A DNA stretch of 64,000 bases from a virus. Taxonomy: Duplodnaviria; Caudoviricetes. The DNA is taken from positions 22,486-86,485 of IMG/VR virus record IMGVR_UViG_3300037761_000271; one strand, 5' to 3'. This document shows, one piece after another, positions 19,468 through 29,219 of this stretch. The notes under the pieces were generated by a model that saw nothing but the letters and a program-made list of their open reading frames with translations, was not told the DNA's origin and did not search any database. How positions within the stretch are numbered: the stretch's first letter is position 1; the number at the start of each line of letters is the position of its first letter. A program made the position numbers and the translations under genes.

Positions 19468-20210
19468 CGGCCGTGCGAATCCCACTGCATCATGGTCTGT
19501 TTCTGCTAGTCGATGATGCCGATGCGGAAGCTGTCTCCCAGTTCAGGTGGCGTCCTGTGACGAAGCGGGAAACCTACTACGCACGACGACGCTTCCTGGA
19601 ACCTGATGGGGATTCCGTGCGAGAGCGAGGTCAGTTCGTGCACACCTTCTTGACCCGATGGCCGATGGTTGACCACATCAACGGCAACGGCCTGGACAAC
19701 CGGCGCTGCAACTTACGACCTGCGACTGAATCACAGAACCAAGCCAATCGCAAAAAGACCAGGGGAACATCTCGCTACAAGGGCGTTGTTTGGGACACGT
19801 CGAGGCTTAGGTGGCTAGCGAGGATTTACCCGCAGGGGAAGCAGATCAAGCTTGGCCGCTTCATGTCGGAGGAGGATGCAGCGCTCGCCTACGACGATGC
19901 AGCGCGCCGCTACTTCGGTGACTACGCTGCCCTGAACTTTCCGCGTCCTGGCGAGCAGTCGGCCCTTGACAGGGTGGCGCCGGTAGCCAGGGGGCTTCCC
20001 TTGGTCGGCCGTGGGATCAGGGGTCACCGCCTTGTACGCGTCGCCGCCAAGGAATATCAATGCTCCTGCGGATGCCCACTTGTCTTCGCCCCGCACGGAA
20101 AGAGTCAGACTCGCGCTAGGGAAGCAATGAAGGCACACTGCCAAGACCTCCTCAAGGTCCGCCCCGTCCCCGGCAGCCAGCAGCCGGACGGAGGTGGCGA
20201 CGATGGGTGA
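19464..20210 (+). CDS. HNH-AP2 endonuclease
   Basis: VDHINGNGLDNRRCNLR; SRYKGV..W.ARI..LGRF..EEDAALAYD AP2; lower GC. Confidence 0.92.
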   Translation: MTAVRIPLHHGLFLLVDDADAEAVSQFRWRPVTKRETYYARRRFLEPDGDSVRERGQFVHTFLTRWPMVDHINGNGLDNRRCNLRPATESQNQANRKKTRGTSRYKGVVWDTSRLRWLARIYPQGKQIKLGRFMSEEDAALAYDDAARRYFGDYAALNFPRPGEQSALDRVAPVARGLPLVGRGIRGHRLVRVAAKEYQCSCGCPLVFAPHGKSQTRAREAMKAHCQDLLKVRPVPGSQQPDGGGDDG

Positions 20211-20520
20211 ACCGGCCTGCGACCTGATCTCGTACACCGAGCTGGCCGACCTGCTTGAGCAGCTTCCGCTGCTGGTCCGCGAGGCTCGCCGCGCCCGCCG
20301 GCTGACCATGCACCAGGCCGCCGAGCAGATCGGGGTGGCCGCGTCCACGGTGATGCGGCTGGAGCACGGCGAGGGTGGCGACCGGGCGGTTGCGGTGCTG
20401 GTGCTGCGCTGGCTGGACAGGTCCGGCAGCCCGGAGCCGGCCCCGGACCAGCCCGAGCAGTGGATCACCACCGACCGGGTGCGTAACCCCCGGCTACCGA
20501 GACGGGAGGCCGAACGATGA
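20203..20520 (+). CDS. XRE-family HTH regulator
   Basis: REARRARRLTMHQAAEQIGVAASTVMRLEHG. Confidence 0.85.
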   Translation: MGEPACDLISYTELADLLEQLPLLVREARRARRLTMHQAAEQIGVAASTVMRLEHGEGGDRAVAVLVLRWLDRSGSPEPAPDQPEQWITTDRVRNPRLPRREAER

Positions 20521-20849
20521 TCACGCTGCTGAGCATCTGGGGATGGCTGCTGATCGGCGCCGTCATCGGCCGGGTGGCGTTCGTGCGGATCTTGGGCGAC
20601 CAGCCACGCCGCGGTTTGGTCGATCGGAAGGATGATTGCGGCAGGCGGTACACGGCAGAGATTGGGTGGACGGACGCCTTCGGTCGCGCCCTGTGGGCTG
20701 GCATCGCCTGCGTCGTCGCCTGGCCGCTGGCGCTGCCGCTGCTGCTGATGCTCGCCCACACCGGCGCCGAGAAGCTGCGCGCCAAGCGTGAGCGGCTGGC
20801 CGCCGAGGTGGCTCGGTTGGAGCGGGAGGCCGACGACGATGTCGGCTGA
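20517..20849 (+). CDS. Small membrane protein
   Basis: Two hydrophobic segments. Confidence 0.6.
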   Translation: MITLLSIWGWLLIGAVIGRVAFVRILGDQPRRGLVDRKDDCGRRYTAEIGWTDAFGRALWAGIACVVAWPLALPLLLMLAHTGAEKLRAKRERLAAEVARLEREADDDVG

Positions 20850-21132
20850 CCGCTACGATCCCGCCACCGTGAGGCTGGTGGCCGAGGTGCTGCACCAGGA
20901 AGGATGCGAGGACCCGTGTCCAGGCAACTGTGCGAGCGACGCCGTGGCGGTGCTGAACGCACTCACCGCCGCCGGCAAGCTCCGCCGCAGCCCGTACGCC
21001 GCCGATGGTGAGCCGCGCTGCGGTGAGCCATACCCGGGTGACGGCCCGCCGTGCCAGCTCCGCCCCGGCCACGACGCCCACGCCCGGCCGGCATCGGGCG
21101 GGTTCGACGCCTGGAGGCGCGAAGATGCCTGA
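20839..21132 (+). CDS. Hypothetical protein
   Basis: Coupled ORF. Confidence 0.5.
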   Translation: MSADRYDPATVRLVAEVLHQEGCEDPCPGNCASDAVAVLNALTAAGKLRRSPYAADGEPRCGEPYPGDGPPCQLRPGHDAHARPASGGFDAWRREDA

Positions 21133-21700
21133 GCAGCCGTTCACCGACGCCGATCTGGACGCCGTGAAGGTGCTGATCGCCCACCAGCGCCTTGACATCG
21201 GCAGTTGCATATGCGGCTGGGGTGTCGATACGGGCGACCTGGGCCGTGACCACTCGCTGCACATCTGGCGGGAGCTGCAACGCGTGGCGCTACCTGCCTA
21301 CGATGCCCGGGTCCGGGCCCGGGCCGGGGAGGATGCCGCTCGGGGGGAGCGGTGGCGTGTCGGCACCTCCCCGGGCACCCACGGCCGCACCATCTACCGG
21401 CACATGCCGGACGGTCCGGAGCGGGGGAAGCTGATCGGGCTGATGGACACCAGAGAAGATGCCGCGCTGGCGGTAGAGGCGGTCAACCACCAGCTCCACG
21501 CCACCGGCTGGCGGTGGGAGTACGGAGTGGAGATGGTGTGGCCAGACGGGCGGAGTCACGTGGACCTGCGTGGCAGCCGGGAGGCGGCCGAGGGTGTGCT
21601 GGCTGCGCAGGCGGAGATCACGGGCAACGTGGTGACCTCCCGGCTGGTCCGCCGGCTGCTTACCTTCGGCCTGGTGGAGGAGGTGCCTGACGGTGACTGA
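21125..21700 (+). CDS. Hypothetical mosaic protein
   Basis: Coupled ORF. Confidence 0.55.
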   Translation: MPEQPFTDADLDAVKVLIAHQRLDIGSCICGWGVDTGDLGRDHSLHIWRELQRVALPAYDARVRARAGEDAARGERWRVGTSPGTHGRTIYRHMPDGPERGKLIGLMDTREDAALAVEAVNHQLHATGWRWEYGVEMVWPDGRSHVDLRGSREAAEGVLAAQAEITGNVVTSRLVRRLLTFGLVEEVPDGD

Positions 21701-23198
21701 GGTCGGACTGCCACCGGCCCAGATGGGGGAAGCCTGCCGCAACTGTGGACGGGCAATCCGGGCCGGGAACACCTCGACTGGTTGGACCCACGTCGGCGGC
21801 TGGCAGGGTGTGCGGTGCCCGGGGGATCTGTGTGGGGCGGCGCCCCGGCGCAGCCCGGAGGATGTGCTGGAGCGGGTGGACGCTGCGGTGGAGGGCCGCT
21901 GCCCCTGTGGCGCGGACCCGCGGCCAGGGTCGGCGTGGTGCTCACCTGATTGCGAGCCGACCCACCGTGGCCCGGATACCGACGCGTGGGGTTCGGGGCC
22001 TCCGACCGCCGCCCGCTGGCGGCCGGACCTGGTGACCGTCTTCGACGACACCGGCCTGACCCTGCTGGACTCCACCCACCGGGACGACACGGGCCTGGAC
22101 TACCGGGTCTACACCGACTCGGAGTCTGTCCGGGCGTTCCTGCGGGTGGATGACGGGCACCGGTTCGTCGGGTTGGAGGTGCCGTGGTCGGAGCTGGAGG
22201 CGTCGGGTCCGTCCGGGTCGTTCCGCCGGTTGGAGCGGGAGCTGGGCGACCGGCGCAGGCTCGACCCCGAGCCCAGCCTGCCGCCTGCCCCGCTGCCGGT
22301 CGGGCAGACGACCGAGGAGTTCGCGGCGGCGGCAACAGCTTGGCATCGGTTACTATGGATACCAAACCCTCCGGCCGACCCTGACGCGCCAACTCCGGCA
22401 GAGCTAGCTGGCGGCGTGGACCTGACGCCCAATGTGGCGGCCGTGTACCGGGAGCGGGTTCCTCGCTACTCCCCGGCAGGCCAGTCTTCGACCGGCATGT
22501 GGGTGGATGAGGCCCGTCGGCTATTCGGGATCCCGGTGGTGGTTAGCCCGAACGTGCCACCCGACCAGGTGCTGGTGGTGGGCGAGGGCGGTCAGCGGAC
22601 GATCCTGACTGCCGACCCGGACCGGCTCGGCCGGGCGGTGGCCGGGACGTTGCGCACCCGCCGCCGCTGGCGTGAGGCGGTCGTGTGGTTCACGGCCTGG
22701 CTGATCGCTACTCCGCTGTGGGCCTGGCTGATGATGGTGGTTGCCGGTGCCGGGCTGGGCGACCGTCACCCGTACTGGGCCTGGCTGCTGCTGGCCGGTG
22801 TGGTCCCACCGGCCTGTGAGGCGATCAGCCGACTGTGGCGACTCGGGAAGGTCCGCTGGCGCCGCCGCCGGCCGCGGGTCAACCTGCGGGTGGACACTAG
22901 CCAGTACGAGGAGGGCATGGCCCAGGCGTCGGAAGCGTTCCGCCGGGCGGGTGAGCAGATCGCCACGGCCGGCCCGCCGATCCGCGCCGTCGGTGCAGCC
23001 GCCGCCGGGCTCGGTCGGGCGGTCGCCGCGGCGGTGCAGGCCGAGTCGGACCGGGTGGCGCTGCGGGCGGTCTGCTCCGATGAGGCGATGTACGAGCGGG
23101 CGCTAGTCGCAGCCGAGGAGCGCGGTGTGTCGGTGCAGCAGATGTTCTGCGCGGTGGCCGAGGGCCGGTACACCGACAGCGGGTGGTCCGAGTCGTGA
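21693..23198 (+). CDS. Hypothetical protein with two TM segments
   Basis: Long coupled ORF, CxxC motifs. Confidence 0.6.
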   Translation: MTEVGLPPAQMGEACRNCGRAIRAGNTSTGWTHVGGWQGVRCPGDLCGAAPRRSPEDVLERVDAAVEGRCPCGADPRPGSAWCSPDCEPTHRGPDTDAWGSGPPTAARWRPDLVTVFDDTGLTLLDSTHRDDTGLDYRVYTDSESVRAFLRVDDGHRFVGLEVPWSELEASGPSGSFRRLERELGDRRRLDPEPSLPPAPLPVGQTTEEFAAAATAWHRLLWIPNPPADPDAPTPAELAGGVDLTPNVAAVYRERVPRYSPAGQSSTGMWVDEARRLFGIPVVVSPNVPPDQVLVVGEGGQRTILTADPDRLGRAVAGTLRTRRRWREAVVWFTAWLIATPLWAWLMMVVAGAGLGDRHPYWAWLLLAGVVPPACEAISRLWRLGKVRWRRRRPRVNLRVDTSQYEEGMAQASEAFRRAGEQIATAGPPIRAVGAAAAGLGRAVAAAVQAESDRVALRAVCSDEAMYERALVAAEERGVSVQQMFCAVAEGRYTDSGWSES

Positions 23199-23335
23199 AC
23201 CGGCACCAGCGTACGGCGATCGACCGGCACTGCCGCCTGTCGATCGAGACGATGCACCCACGCTTCGGCCGGGCGCTGCCCAACGGGCTGTCGGTCGTAT
23301 TGACGGTCAACTCGGGGTACGAATGACTGGAGGCG

Positions 23336-23740
23336 TTGGCGCCTGGTCAGGCGCATCCGGAGCGAACCGACGCTCATGGCTTCGGCCGTCAGGTGTCCGG
23401 TCCGCCTGTCGGCGTCCTGGCCCCTGGGCCGGTCTGGCACGCGAGCGTGGCGACCCGGCAGCCGATCCCGATCCCGGCGATGCTGGAGCGGGAGGCCGTA
23501 CGGCAGCTACAGGGCGTCGGCGATCCGTCCCTCGGCGAGTGGCGGGAGTGGTCGGGCCGGGCGTTCCACCTCCGGCGGCGGCTGTCGGCTCGCGAGCAGC
23601 GGACGGTGGGGCCGGTGGTTGACGTGCGCGGCACACCTGAGGCGGCCCGGCGGGCGGAGGTGCTGGGGGATCTGCTGCGGCACGCGCCACCCGAGGTGCT
23701 GGTCGACGAGCTAGGCCCGGAACTAGCTGATAACGGCTGA
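23336..23740 (+). CDS. Hypothetical protein (true start uncertain)
   Basis: ORF in the early-operon direction. Confidence 0.45.
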   Translation: MAPGQAHPERTDAHGFGRQVSGPPVGVLAPGPVWHASVATRQPIPIPAMLEREAVRQLQGVGDPSLGEWREWSGRAFHLRRRLSAREQRTVGPVVDVRGTPEAARRAEVLGDLLRHAPPEVLVDELGPELADNG

Positions 23741-23830
23741 AACCTGCGCAGGTTGAGCGATGGTCGGATCGGCCGCGGGAATGAGGGTCCCGGTAGGCTG
23801 GCGTGATTCACGATGTACGTGGGTAGCGAC

Positions 23831-24814
23831 TCACCTTCCGAACATGTCCAGGGCGATGATGAATGACGGGTGCCGGGCCGGGTCGAATCCGGACCGGTTG
23901 TACAGGCTGGTGGTGCGTGCGTCCTCATGGCCGGCTGCGTCCTTGAGGTCGGCGAGTGGGATGCCCAGTTCGTGCCCGCGGGTGATGTAGGCGTGCCGCA
24001 GCGTGTGAGGTCCGATGGGCGACTCAATACCTGCCCGCTGACCCAGCCGGCGGAGGGTCTTCCACGCGGCCTTCCGATCGAGTCGGCGCCCGCTCTCCGT
24101 AGCCAGCAGCGGACCCCCCTTGCGCCCCTCCACCATCGGCTGCACCCGCTGCCAGGCCGGCGGAGACAGCGGCACGTCCTCTTCCTTGTCGCCTTTGCGG
24201 GTGACGTGCACGAACCGGACGCCCTTGCGGGGTGGGGTGATGTCCTCAACGTTGGCGCCCAGCGCTTCGGAGACCCGCAGGCAGGCCATCACCAGCAGCG
24301 CGACCAGCGCGGCCGTGCGGGGGCTGTCAGCGTCGGCTGCCGCGACCAGCGCCCGGACCTCGGCAGGTTCGAGGTAGGGCTGACGGGATGTGCGCTTGGC
24401 CTTCGGCCGGTCCTGCGGCGGCACTGGGTTGCGGTCGGTCTTCTGGTCGGAGATGGCCCGGCGGTAGTAGCTGGAGATCGCGGCCATGTGCCGGGCGACG
24501 GACCGGCGGGCCAGCGGCCGGGGTTTGCGGGAGGCCGGGTTGCCGACCGTCTCCAGCGCGGTGGTGTATGCCTCAAGGTCGGACCGTTGGGCGTCGAACG
24601 GCGGTACCCCGGTGGCCACGCACCACAGACGCCAAGATCGCCACACGGCGGCGTACTGCGCTTTGGTGTCTGGCGCGAACCGGGGGCTGCGCAGCCACAC
24701 GCCGGCCTGCGCGTCGGCCCGGGTCCACGGGTCGTCGCCGTTGAGCGCGTCCTGCTCGGCCTGACGGGCTGCGGCAAGGCTGCCGACGACGACCGGAAGG
24801 TTGCTCTCCACCAT
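23831..24814 (-). CDS. Tyrosine recombinase (XerC/D-like)
   Basis: Catalytic R (LRVSE), K (TRKG), HxxR (HTLRH), H (AGH), Y (TTSLY). Confidence 0.93.
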   Translation of the reverse strand: MVESNLPVVVGSLAAARQAEQDALNGDDPWTRADAQAGVWLRSPRFAPDTKAQYAAVWRSWRLWCVATGVPPFDAQRSDLEAYTTALETVGNPASRKPRPLARRSVARHMAAISSYYRRAISDQKTDRNPVPPQDRPKAKRTSRQPYLEPAEVRALVAAADADSPRTAALVALLVMACLRVSEALGANVEDITPPRKGVRFVHVTRKGDKEEDVPLSPPAWQRVQPMVEGRKGGPLLATESGRRLDRKAAWKTLRRLGQRAGIESPIGPHTLRHAYITRGHELGIPLADLKDAAGHEDARTTSLYNRSGFDPARHPSFIIALDMFGR

Positions 24815-24862
24815 GGTCCAGACCGTACCACTAAATCAGAGTTTCGTGGTATCGTCGTACGC
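24815..24862. promoter_or_regulatory. Back-to-back leaderless extended -10 promoters
   Basis: Minus strand TGgTACGGT-7 nt-ATG(24814); plus strand TGgTATCGT-7 nt-GTG(24863). Confidence 0.65.
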
Positions 24863-25483
24863 GTGTCGAGTATCCATGAGGACATGGCCGAGGCCATGCA
24901 TCGCGAGTTCATGAGCACCCGGGACGGCGCGACGGCGCTTCAGGTTTACGTTCAAGGACTCACCGAGGGCCGATGGGACGACAGCTACCTAGAGCAGGTG
25001 GGCCAACAGCACCGCGGTATCAGATCGCGGTGGTCGATCCAGGAGATCGCCGCATTCGCCCACCTCCACAGCGCACTCATGGCCGGCAATATGTTCGAGG
25101 TAGAGATTAGCGCCCGTGGCGAGCCCGGACCGGACTCCGACCGCGAGGGGAACGCGGCGAAAATCGGTCAACTGCCGGGACCCTTCGTGGCCACCGTCAG
25201 CCGGAGCCAGAGGAACGCTGACCAGGACGGTTGGCTCTACTGGGACGAGCCGATCAAGATGGAGAAGTCGGTCAACGTCCCTTACACCGACGGCGTGCAT
25301 GGCACCCAGCCGATCAGGTGCGTGGTCGACGTTCCGCCGGGCCGGGTGCCACTGGAGATCGGCACAACCAAGCCAAGCCGTACTCTCCTCCATTGCCGGA
25401 TGGACGGTGGCGTGGCCCGCTGGCCGTACGGCCACAACCGGCTCATCCTGTTCATGTCCGCCATGCAGCTACCTACCGGGTAG
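24863..25483 (+). CDS. Orphan protein (206 aa) divergent from the recombinase
   Basis: Promoter-positioned GTG; 3' part of ORF 23870..25483. Confidence 0.6.
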   Translation: MSSIHEDMAEAMHREFMSTRDGATALQVYVQGLTEGRWDDSYLEQVGQQHRGIRSRWSIQEIAAFAHLHSALMAGNMFEVEISARGEPGPDSDREGNAAKIGQLPGPFVATVSRSQRNADQDGWLYWDEPIKMEKSVNVPYTDGVHGTQPIRCVVDVPPGRVPLEIGTTKPSRTLLHCRMDGGVARWPYGHNRLILFMSAMQLPTG

Positions 25484-25601
25484 GCTGCGGGTGGACGGCG
25501 GCGGCCCGGGTGTGCATCCCGGGCCGCCAGCGTATCCCCCGCCACTCCCCCGTGGTCGGCTGTCGACCAGCCTACCGCCAGATGTGAACGGGGACCCGCC
25601 G

Positions 25602-26537
25602 ATGCATCCTGCTGCTGCGTCTTCACGCTTTGCCGACGAACCGCGTGGCGGCTCGTGCCCGGCCTGCCGCCGGCGGGACCCGAAGATGGGGCTGGTGTGC
25701 GACCCGTGCTGGGACTGGCTGCCTACCGCCCTGTCCGGGGTCGGGAGCCGTTACCGGCAGCTTCCCGCCTACCTGGTGCCATCGGACCAGGTAGGCGAGC
25801 GGGTGTCCGGCACCCCGGACCCGGCGGCTCCGCTGAACTTGGACGTGGAGGACCTGCTGACCCGGGTGGTGCGCCTGGGTGGGCAGCCGGTCGACGGGGT
25901 GACCGTGGCGCTGGCCCCGGCCACCGAGCTGGAGTTGGCACGTAAGCGGATGGCCACCTTCGACCCGCAGTCCGCCGAGCACACCTGGTGGTGGGTGGAG
26001 GCGTACGAGCGGCGGCCGGTGCTTGGCCTGGACGGTCAGCCGGTGCTCCGCCCGATCGCCGACCAGGTGGGCTACCTGCCGGTGGCGCAGGTGCTCGACT
26101 CGTGGGCCAGGGAGTGGGTGGAGATGCGTGGTATGCGGGAACATCACCCGTCCCCGACGGTGGCGGTGCTGGTCGACTGGCTGGCCGCCCGGCTGGACTG
26201 GGCCTGCCGCCGCTTCGGTGCGGTCGGCGACTTCGCCGAGAGCATGCGTACCCTCCGCGGGCAGCTCATGTCGGTGCTGGGCGAGTTCGACCCGCCGCCG
26301 CAGCCGTGCGACGGGGTGCAGTGCAAACGCTGCGATCGGCGGGAGCTGTTCGTGGTCCCGGATGGCTCCGGCGACAGAGCCTGCGCCAACGAATCGTGCA
26401 TGCGTGTCTATCGGGAGGAGGAGTTTCACGACTGGGTGCGGCACCTAGCCGGGTATGAGCGGTCCCGCCGCACTGCGGAGGAGATCCGGGAGCTGCTGCA
26501 CCCCTCATACCGCCGACCCGACCCGGATACGGCCTGA
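25602..26537 (+). CDS. Zinc-ribbon phage protein, probable late regulator
   Basis: Multiple CxxC motifs; position upstream of the packaging module. Confidence 0.6.
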   Translation: MHPAAASSRFADEPRGGSCPACRRRDPKMGLVCDPCWDWLPTALSGVGSRYRQLPAYLVPSDQVGERVSGTPDPAAPLNLDVEDLLTRVVRLGGQPVDGVTVALAPATELELARKRMATFDPQSAEHTWWWVEAYERRPVLGLDGQPVLRPIADQVGYLPVAQVLDSWAREWVEMRGMREHHPSPTVAVLVDWLAARLDWACRRFGAVGDFAESMRTLRGQLMSVLGEFDPPPQPCDGVQCKRCDRRELFVVPDGSGDRACANESCMRVYREEEFHDWVRHLAGYERSRRTAEEIRELLHPSYRRPDPDTA

Positions 26538-26668
26538 CCAGCGTGTCGGCCCCACCCCACTTGCCCATTCGCGATCACGGGCGTTACTCTGCGGGTGGAT
26601 TCCTGTGCCCACTTCCGCCCCGACTCCTGCTGGTCGGGGTGTTGTCGTGCCCGCCGCCGGGGGTGTTC

Positions 26669-26971
26669 ATGCCCCAGGCCGGCCCCGACACGGGGGTTCC
26701 TCGCGCGTTCGCCGCCGCCCGGCTTGGCGTGTCCCCGCACACGGTGAGCATGTGGGCGGCCCGCGGCTATGTTGCCCGGTGGACCGACGACGCTGGCGTG
26801 GAGCACACCGAGCACCGGCCGGTGCGCACGGTCGGCTGGTGGCGTGGCCACCGGCTCTACCGGTGGGGTGACCTGGTCGAGGCCGAGCACCACACCCGCA
26901 ACACCGTCCTGTCGGCGCGCCACCAGGACCGCTCCCCCGCCACCGGCTCCCATGTCGGTGCCCAGGCCTAG
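26669..26971 (+). CDS. MerR-like HTH DNA-binding protein
   Basis: AAARLGVSPHTVSMWAARG..HRLYRWGDL. Confidence 0.7.
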   Translation: MPQAGPDTGVPRAFAAARLGVSPHTVSMWAARGYVARWTDDAGVEHTEHRPVRTVGWWRGHRLYRWGDLVEAEHHTRNTVLSARHQDRSPATGSHVGAQA

Positions 26972-27116
26972 ACTCATCCCACGGCCCCGACCAACCCAGT
27001 TCGGGCGGCCCCCGACCCTTCCCCGCTGACCCCCCGCTCACGCAAGAGGGGTCGCCGAGGGCCGCCCACAACTTCCCCACCTTCTCGCGGCCCAGTCAGC
27101 CCGAACCAAACCAAAC

Positions 27117-28433
27117 CCCGGCGTGATGCCGGTTGACGTCCTCCACGCCCAAAAGGCGTCGGATTCCAACCTAGGCTGCGAGCAGCTCGGGTTGAGGTTC
27201 GCGGTTCACGGGCTCGCCCAGCGGCGAGCCTCCCCGCGCAGTCACGGCGCGCCCCGCCGCGATGTCCCTGATGTTGCAGGCCGCGTTCACGTCGGCGTTG
27301 GCCACGTGCCCGCAGGCGAGGCACCGGAACACCGCTTGGCTCTCGCGGTTCTCGGCTGCGCAGTGCCCGCAGGCGTTGCAGGTCAACGACGTGAACGCAG
27401 GCTTAACTTTGGCGATGCGGCCAGGCGCCTTACCTTCCAGGCGCTCGACCAGTAGCCCCCAGCCAGCGGACAGAATCGCCTTGTTGAGGCCGGTCTTTTG
27501 CCTAATGTTCCGGCCCGGCGCCTCGACAGTGCCTCTGGCCGACCGGGTCATGCTGGCGATCTTCAGGTCCTCTACCGCGATCAGGTCGAACCGGCGGGCC
27601 AGGTCGGTGGTGGTCTTCTCCACCCAGTCCTTCCGCCGGTCCGTCTCGCGCGTCCTCAGCCTGGAGATTGCCAACTTGGTTCTGCTGCGCCGGGTGGACC
27701 CTCGTTTGGCGCGAACCAGCTTTCGCCGGAGGCTGAGCAGCCGACGCCGCTCAGCTGGCCGAAGGGTCGGCACGGTCGACAGCTCACCGGTGGACAGCGC
27801 GACCGCCGCGACCACGCCCCGGTCCACACCCACCTCTGCCCCGTTGCCCGGCCCCGGGATCGGCTCCGGGATCGTGGCGAACGCGACATGCCACCGCCCC
27901 GCTCGGTCACGGGTGACCCGGTACGACTTCACCCCGTCGGGCACCGGTCGGGACCAGCGGAAACTTATCCAGCCGATCTTCGGCACCTTGACCTGACCGA
28001 CGTTGCGCGACAGCCGACGAACATCCCAATGGGTGCCGACCCCAGTACCTCGCTGGCCAACGACACGGAATCCTTCGTCCCTGCCTGCCTTCCGCCACTT
28101 CGGCAGTCGGTGGCTGCCTTCGTAGAAGAGCGCCATCGCGGCAGCGAAGTCCCGCAGTGCCTGCTGCTGGACGGTCACGGAGCCGCCGCGCAGCCACTCG
28201 TGCTCGGCCCGGGCCGCGGTCAGCTGCCGACACTGTTCGGCGAACCTAGGTGCCGGACCGCGTTGCCGGCTCCACCAGGAGTGCTGCTCAACGGCCAGGT
28301 TCCAGACGAACCGGGCGTGTGCGCAGTGCTCCAGCAGCGCCGCCTCCTGGGCGGCCGTGGGCTGAAGACGGTAGCGCGACACAACGGCACCATACGACAC
28401 AGGTGTGACAACAGCTCCCGGCGTGATGCCGGT
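27117..28433 (-). mobile_element. tnpB element with right end (..GGAGGACGTCAA ending at 27133), flanked by a 17-bp direct repeat
   Basis: CCCGGCGTGATGCCGGT at 27117-27133 and 28417-28433; no left-end hairpin or tnpA seen. Confidence 0.8.
27171..28382 (-). CDS. tnpB: TnpB RNA-guided endonuclease #3
   Basis: MSRYRLQPT start; VGVDRG, AVEDL, NADVNAA; zinc ribbon. Confidence 0.95.
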   Translation of the reverse strand: MSRYRLQPTAAQEAALLEHCAHARFVWNLAVEQHSWWSRQRGPAPRFAEQCRQLTAARAEHEWLRGGSVTVQQQALRDFAAAMALFYEGSHRLPKWRKAGRDEGFRVVGQRGTGVGTHWDVRRLSRNVGQVKVPKIGWISFRWSRPVPDGVKSYRVTRDRAGRWHVAFATIPEPIPGPGNGAEVGVDRGVVAAVALSTGELSTVPTLRPAERRRLLSLRRKLVRAKRGSTRRSRTKLAISRLRTRETDRRKDWVEKTTTDLARRFDLIAVEDLKIASMTRSARGTVEAPGRNIRQKTGLNKAILSAGWGLLVERLEGKAPGRIAKVKPAFTSLTCNACGHCAAENRESQAVFRCLACGHVANADVNAACNIRDIAAGRAVTARGGSPLGEPVNREPQPELLAA

Positions 28434-28508
28434 GAGAGCCCCGAGACCACCGGTCCGGGGCTTCTCTGCCGCCCCGTGACGGGGCTATCCGTGAAGGAGC
28501 AACCACCC

Positions 28509-28790
28509 ATGCCCAAGGAGAGCGTCTACTGCGTCGCCGACCGGCAGTACCGGGTCGATGTCGGCTGGAGCCGGGACCGCGACCACGTGGAGATCGGCAC
28601 CGACACCAACACGGCCGTGGGCATCCACAACCTGGTCCAGCACCTCCCGGACTCGGAGACACCCGGCGTCCGCTACGAGGGTCCGATCGCCTGGAACGGT
28701 CTGCACTGCCAGCTCGACCGCCGCGCGGTCAACGACCTGATCTATCTGCTGCGTAGGGCGCGGGACCAGGCGTTCGGCAAGGACGCATAA
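28509..28790 (+). CDS. Hypothetical phage protein
   Basis: RBS AAGGAG. Confidence 0.65.
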   Translation: MPKESVYCVADRQYRVDVGWSRDRDHVEIGTDTNTAVGIHNLVQHLPDSETPGVRYEGPIAWNGLHCQLDRRAVNDLIYLLRRARDQAFGKDA

Positions 28791-28886
28791 CCCGCACCAC
28801 TTCGACCGGGGCCGGCCCCGTGTCCCGGGATGTGCCCGGGGCCGGCCCTGCAAACATCCCGCCGCATCCCGAACCCTGGAGTACCC

Positions 28887-29219
28887 ATGTCCGACCCGGT
28901 GATCACCGGCACGGCTGATGTGCGTCACCTGCCGGTGGCCGAGTTTCGCCAAACCGGCTTCCTGCAAGAGGTGAACCGGCAGTTTCTGCACCCGCTGGGC
29001 CTGGCCCTGTCGGTCGAGCTGGCCCCGGACGGGTCGGAGCGGCTGGGCGCGATCTGGGACTGCCGGGACGACCCGGAGGGTATCCGGTTCGTGCCGTCTG
29101 CGGTCGACCCGGACAAGGCGCGGCGGGTGGCCGAGCAGCGGGAGCGCCTGGCAGGTTCGCGGCAGGCCCGGCTGGGGTACGTGGTGCAGCCGGCCCCTGA
29201 TGCTGGGGCGCCGGCATGA
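28887..29219 (+). CDS. Hypothetical phage protein
   Basis: RBS GGAG; GFLQEVNRQFLHPLGLAL. Confidence 0.65.
   Translation: MSDPVITGTADVRHLPVAEFRQTGFLQEVNRQFLHPLGLALSVELAPDGSERLGAIWDCRDDPEGIRFVPSAVDPDKARRVAEQRERLAGSRQARLGYVVQPAPDAGAPA

Noticed and set aside
23700-24860. attP/attL site next to the recombinase
   Set aside because: No tRNA fragment, core repeat or host-phage boundary is visible; phage genes continue on both sides.
27090-27119. Fourth NN-GGY array beside tnpB #3 (GGGGT TTGGT TTGGT TCGGG)
   Set aside because: Only three clean units and no linked RAMP gene.
5539-28382. TnpB proteins as nuclease-dead TldR-type regulators
   Set aside because: All three retain the RuvC D-E-D residues.
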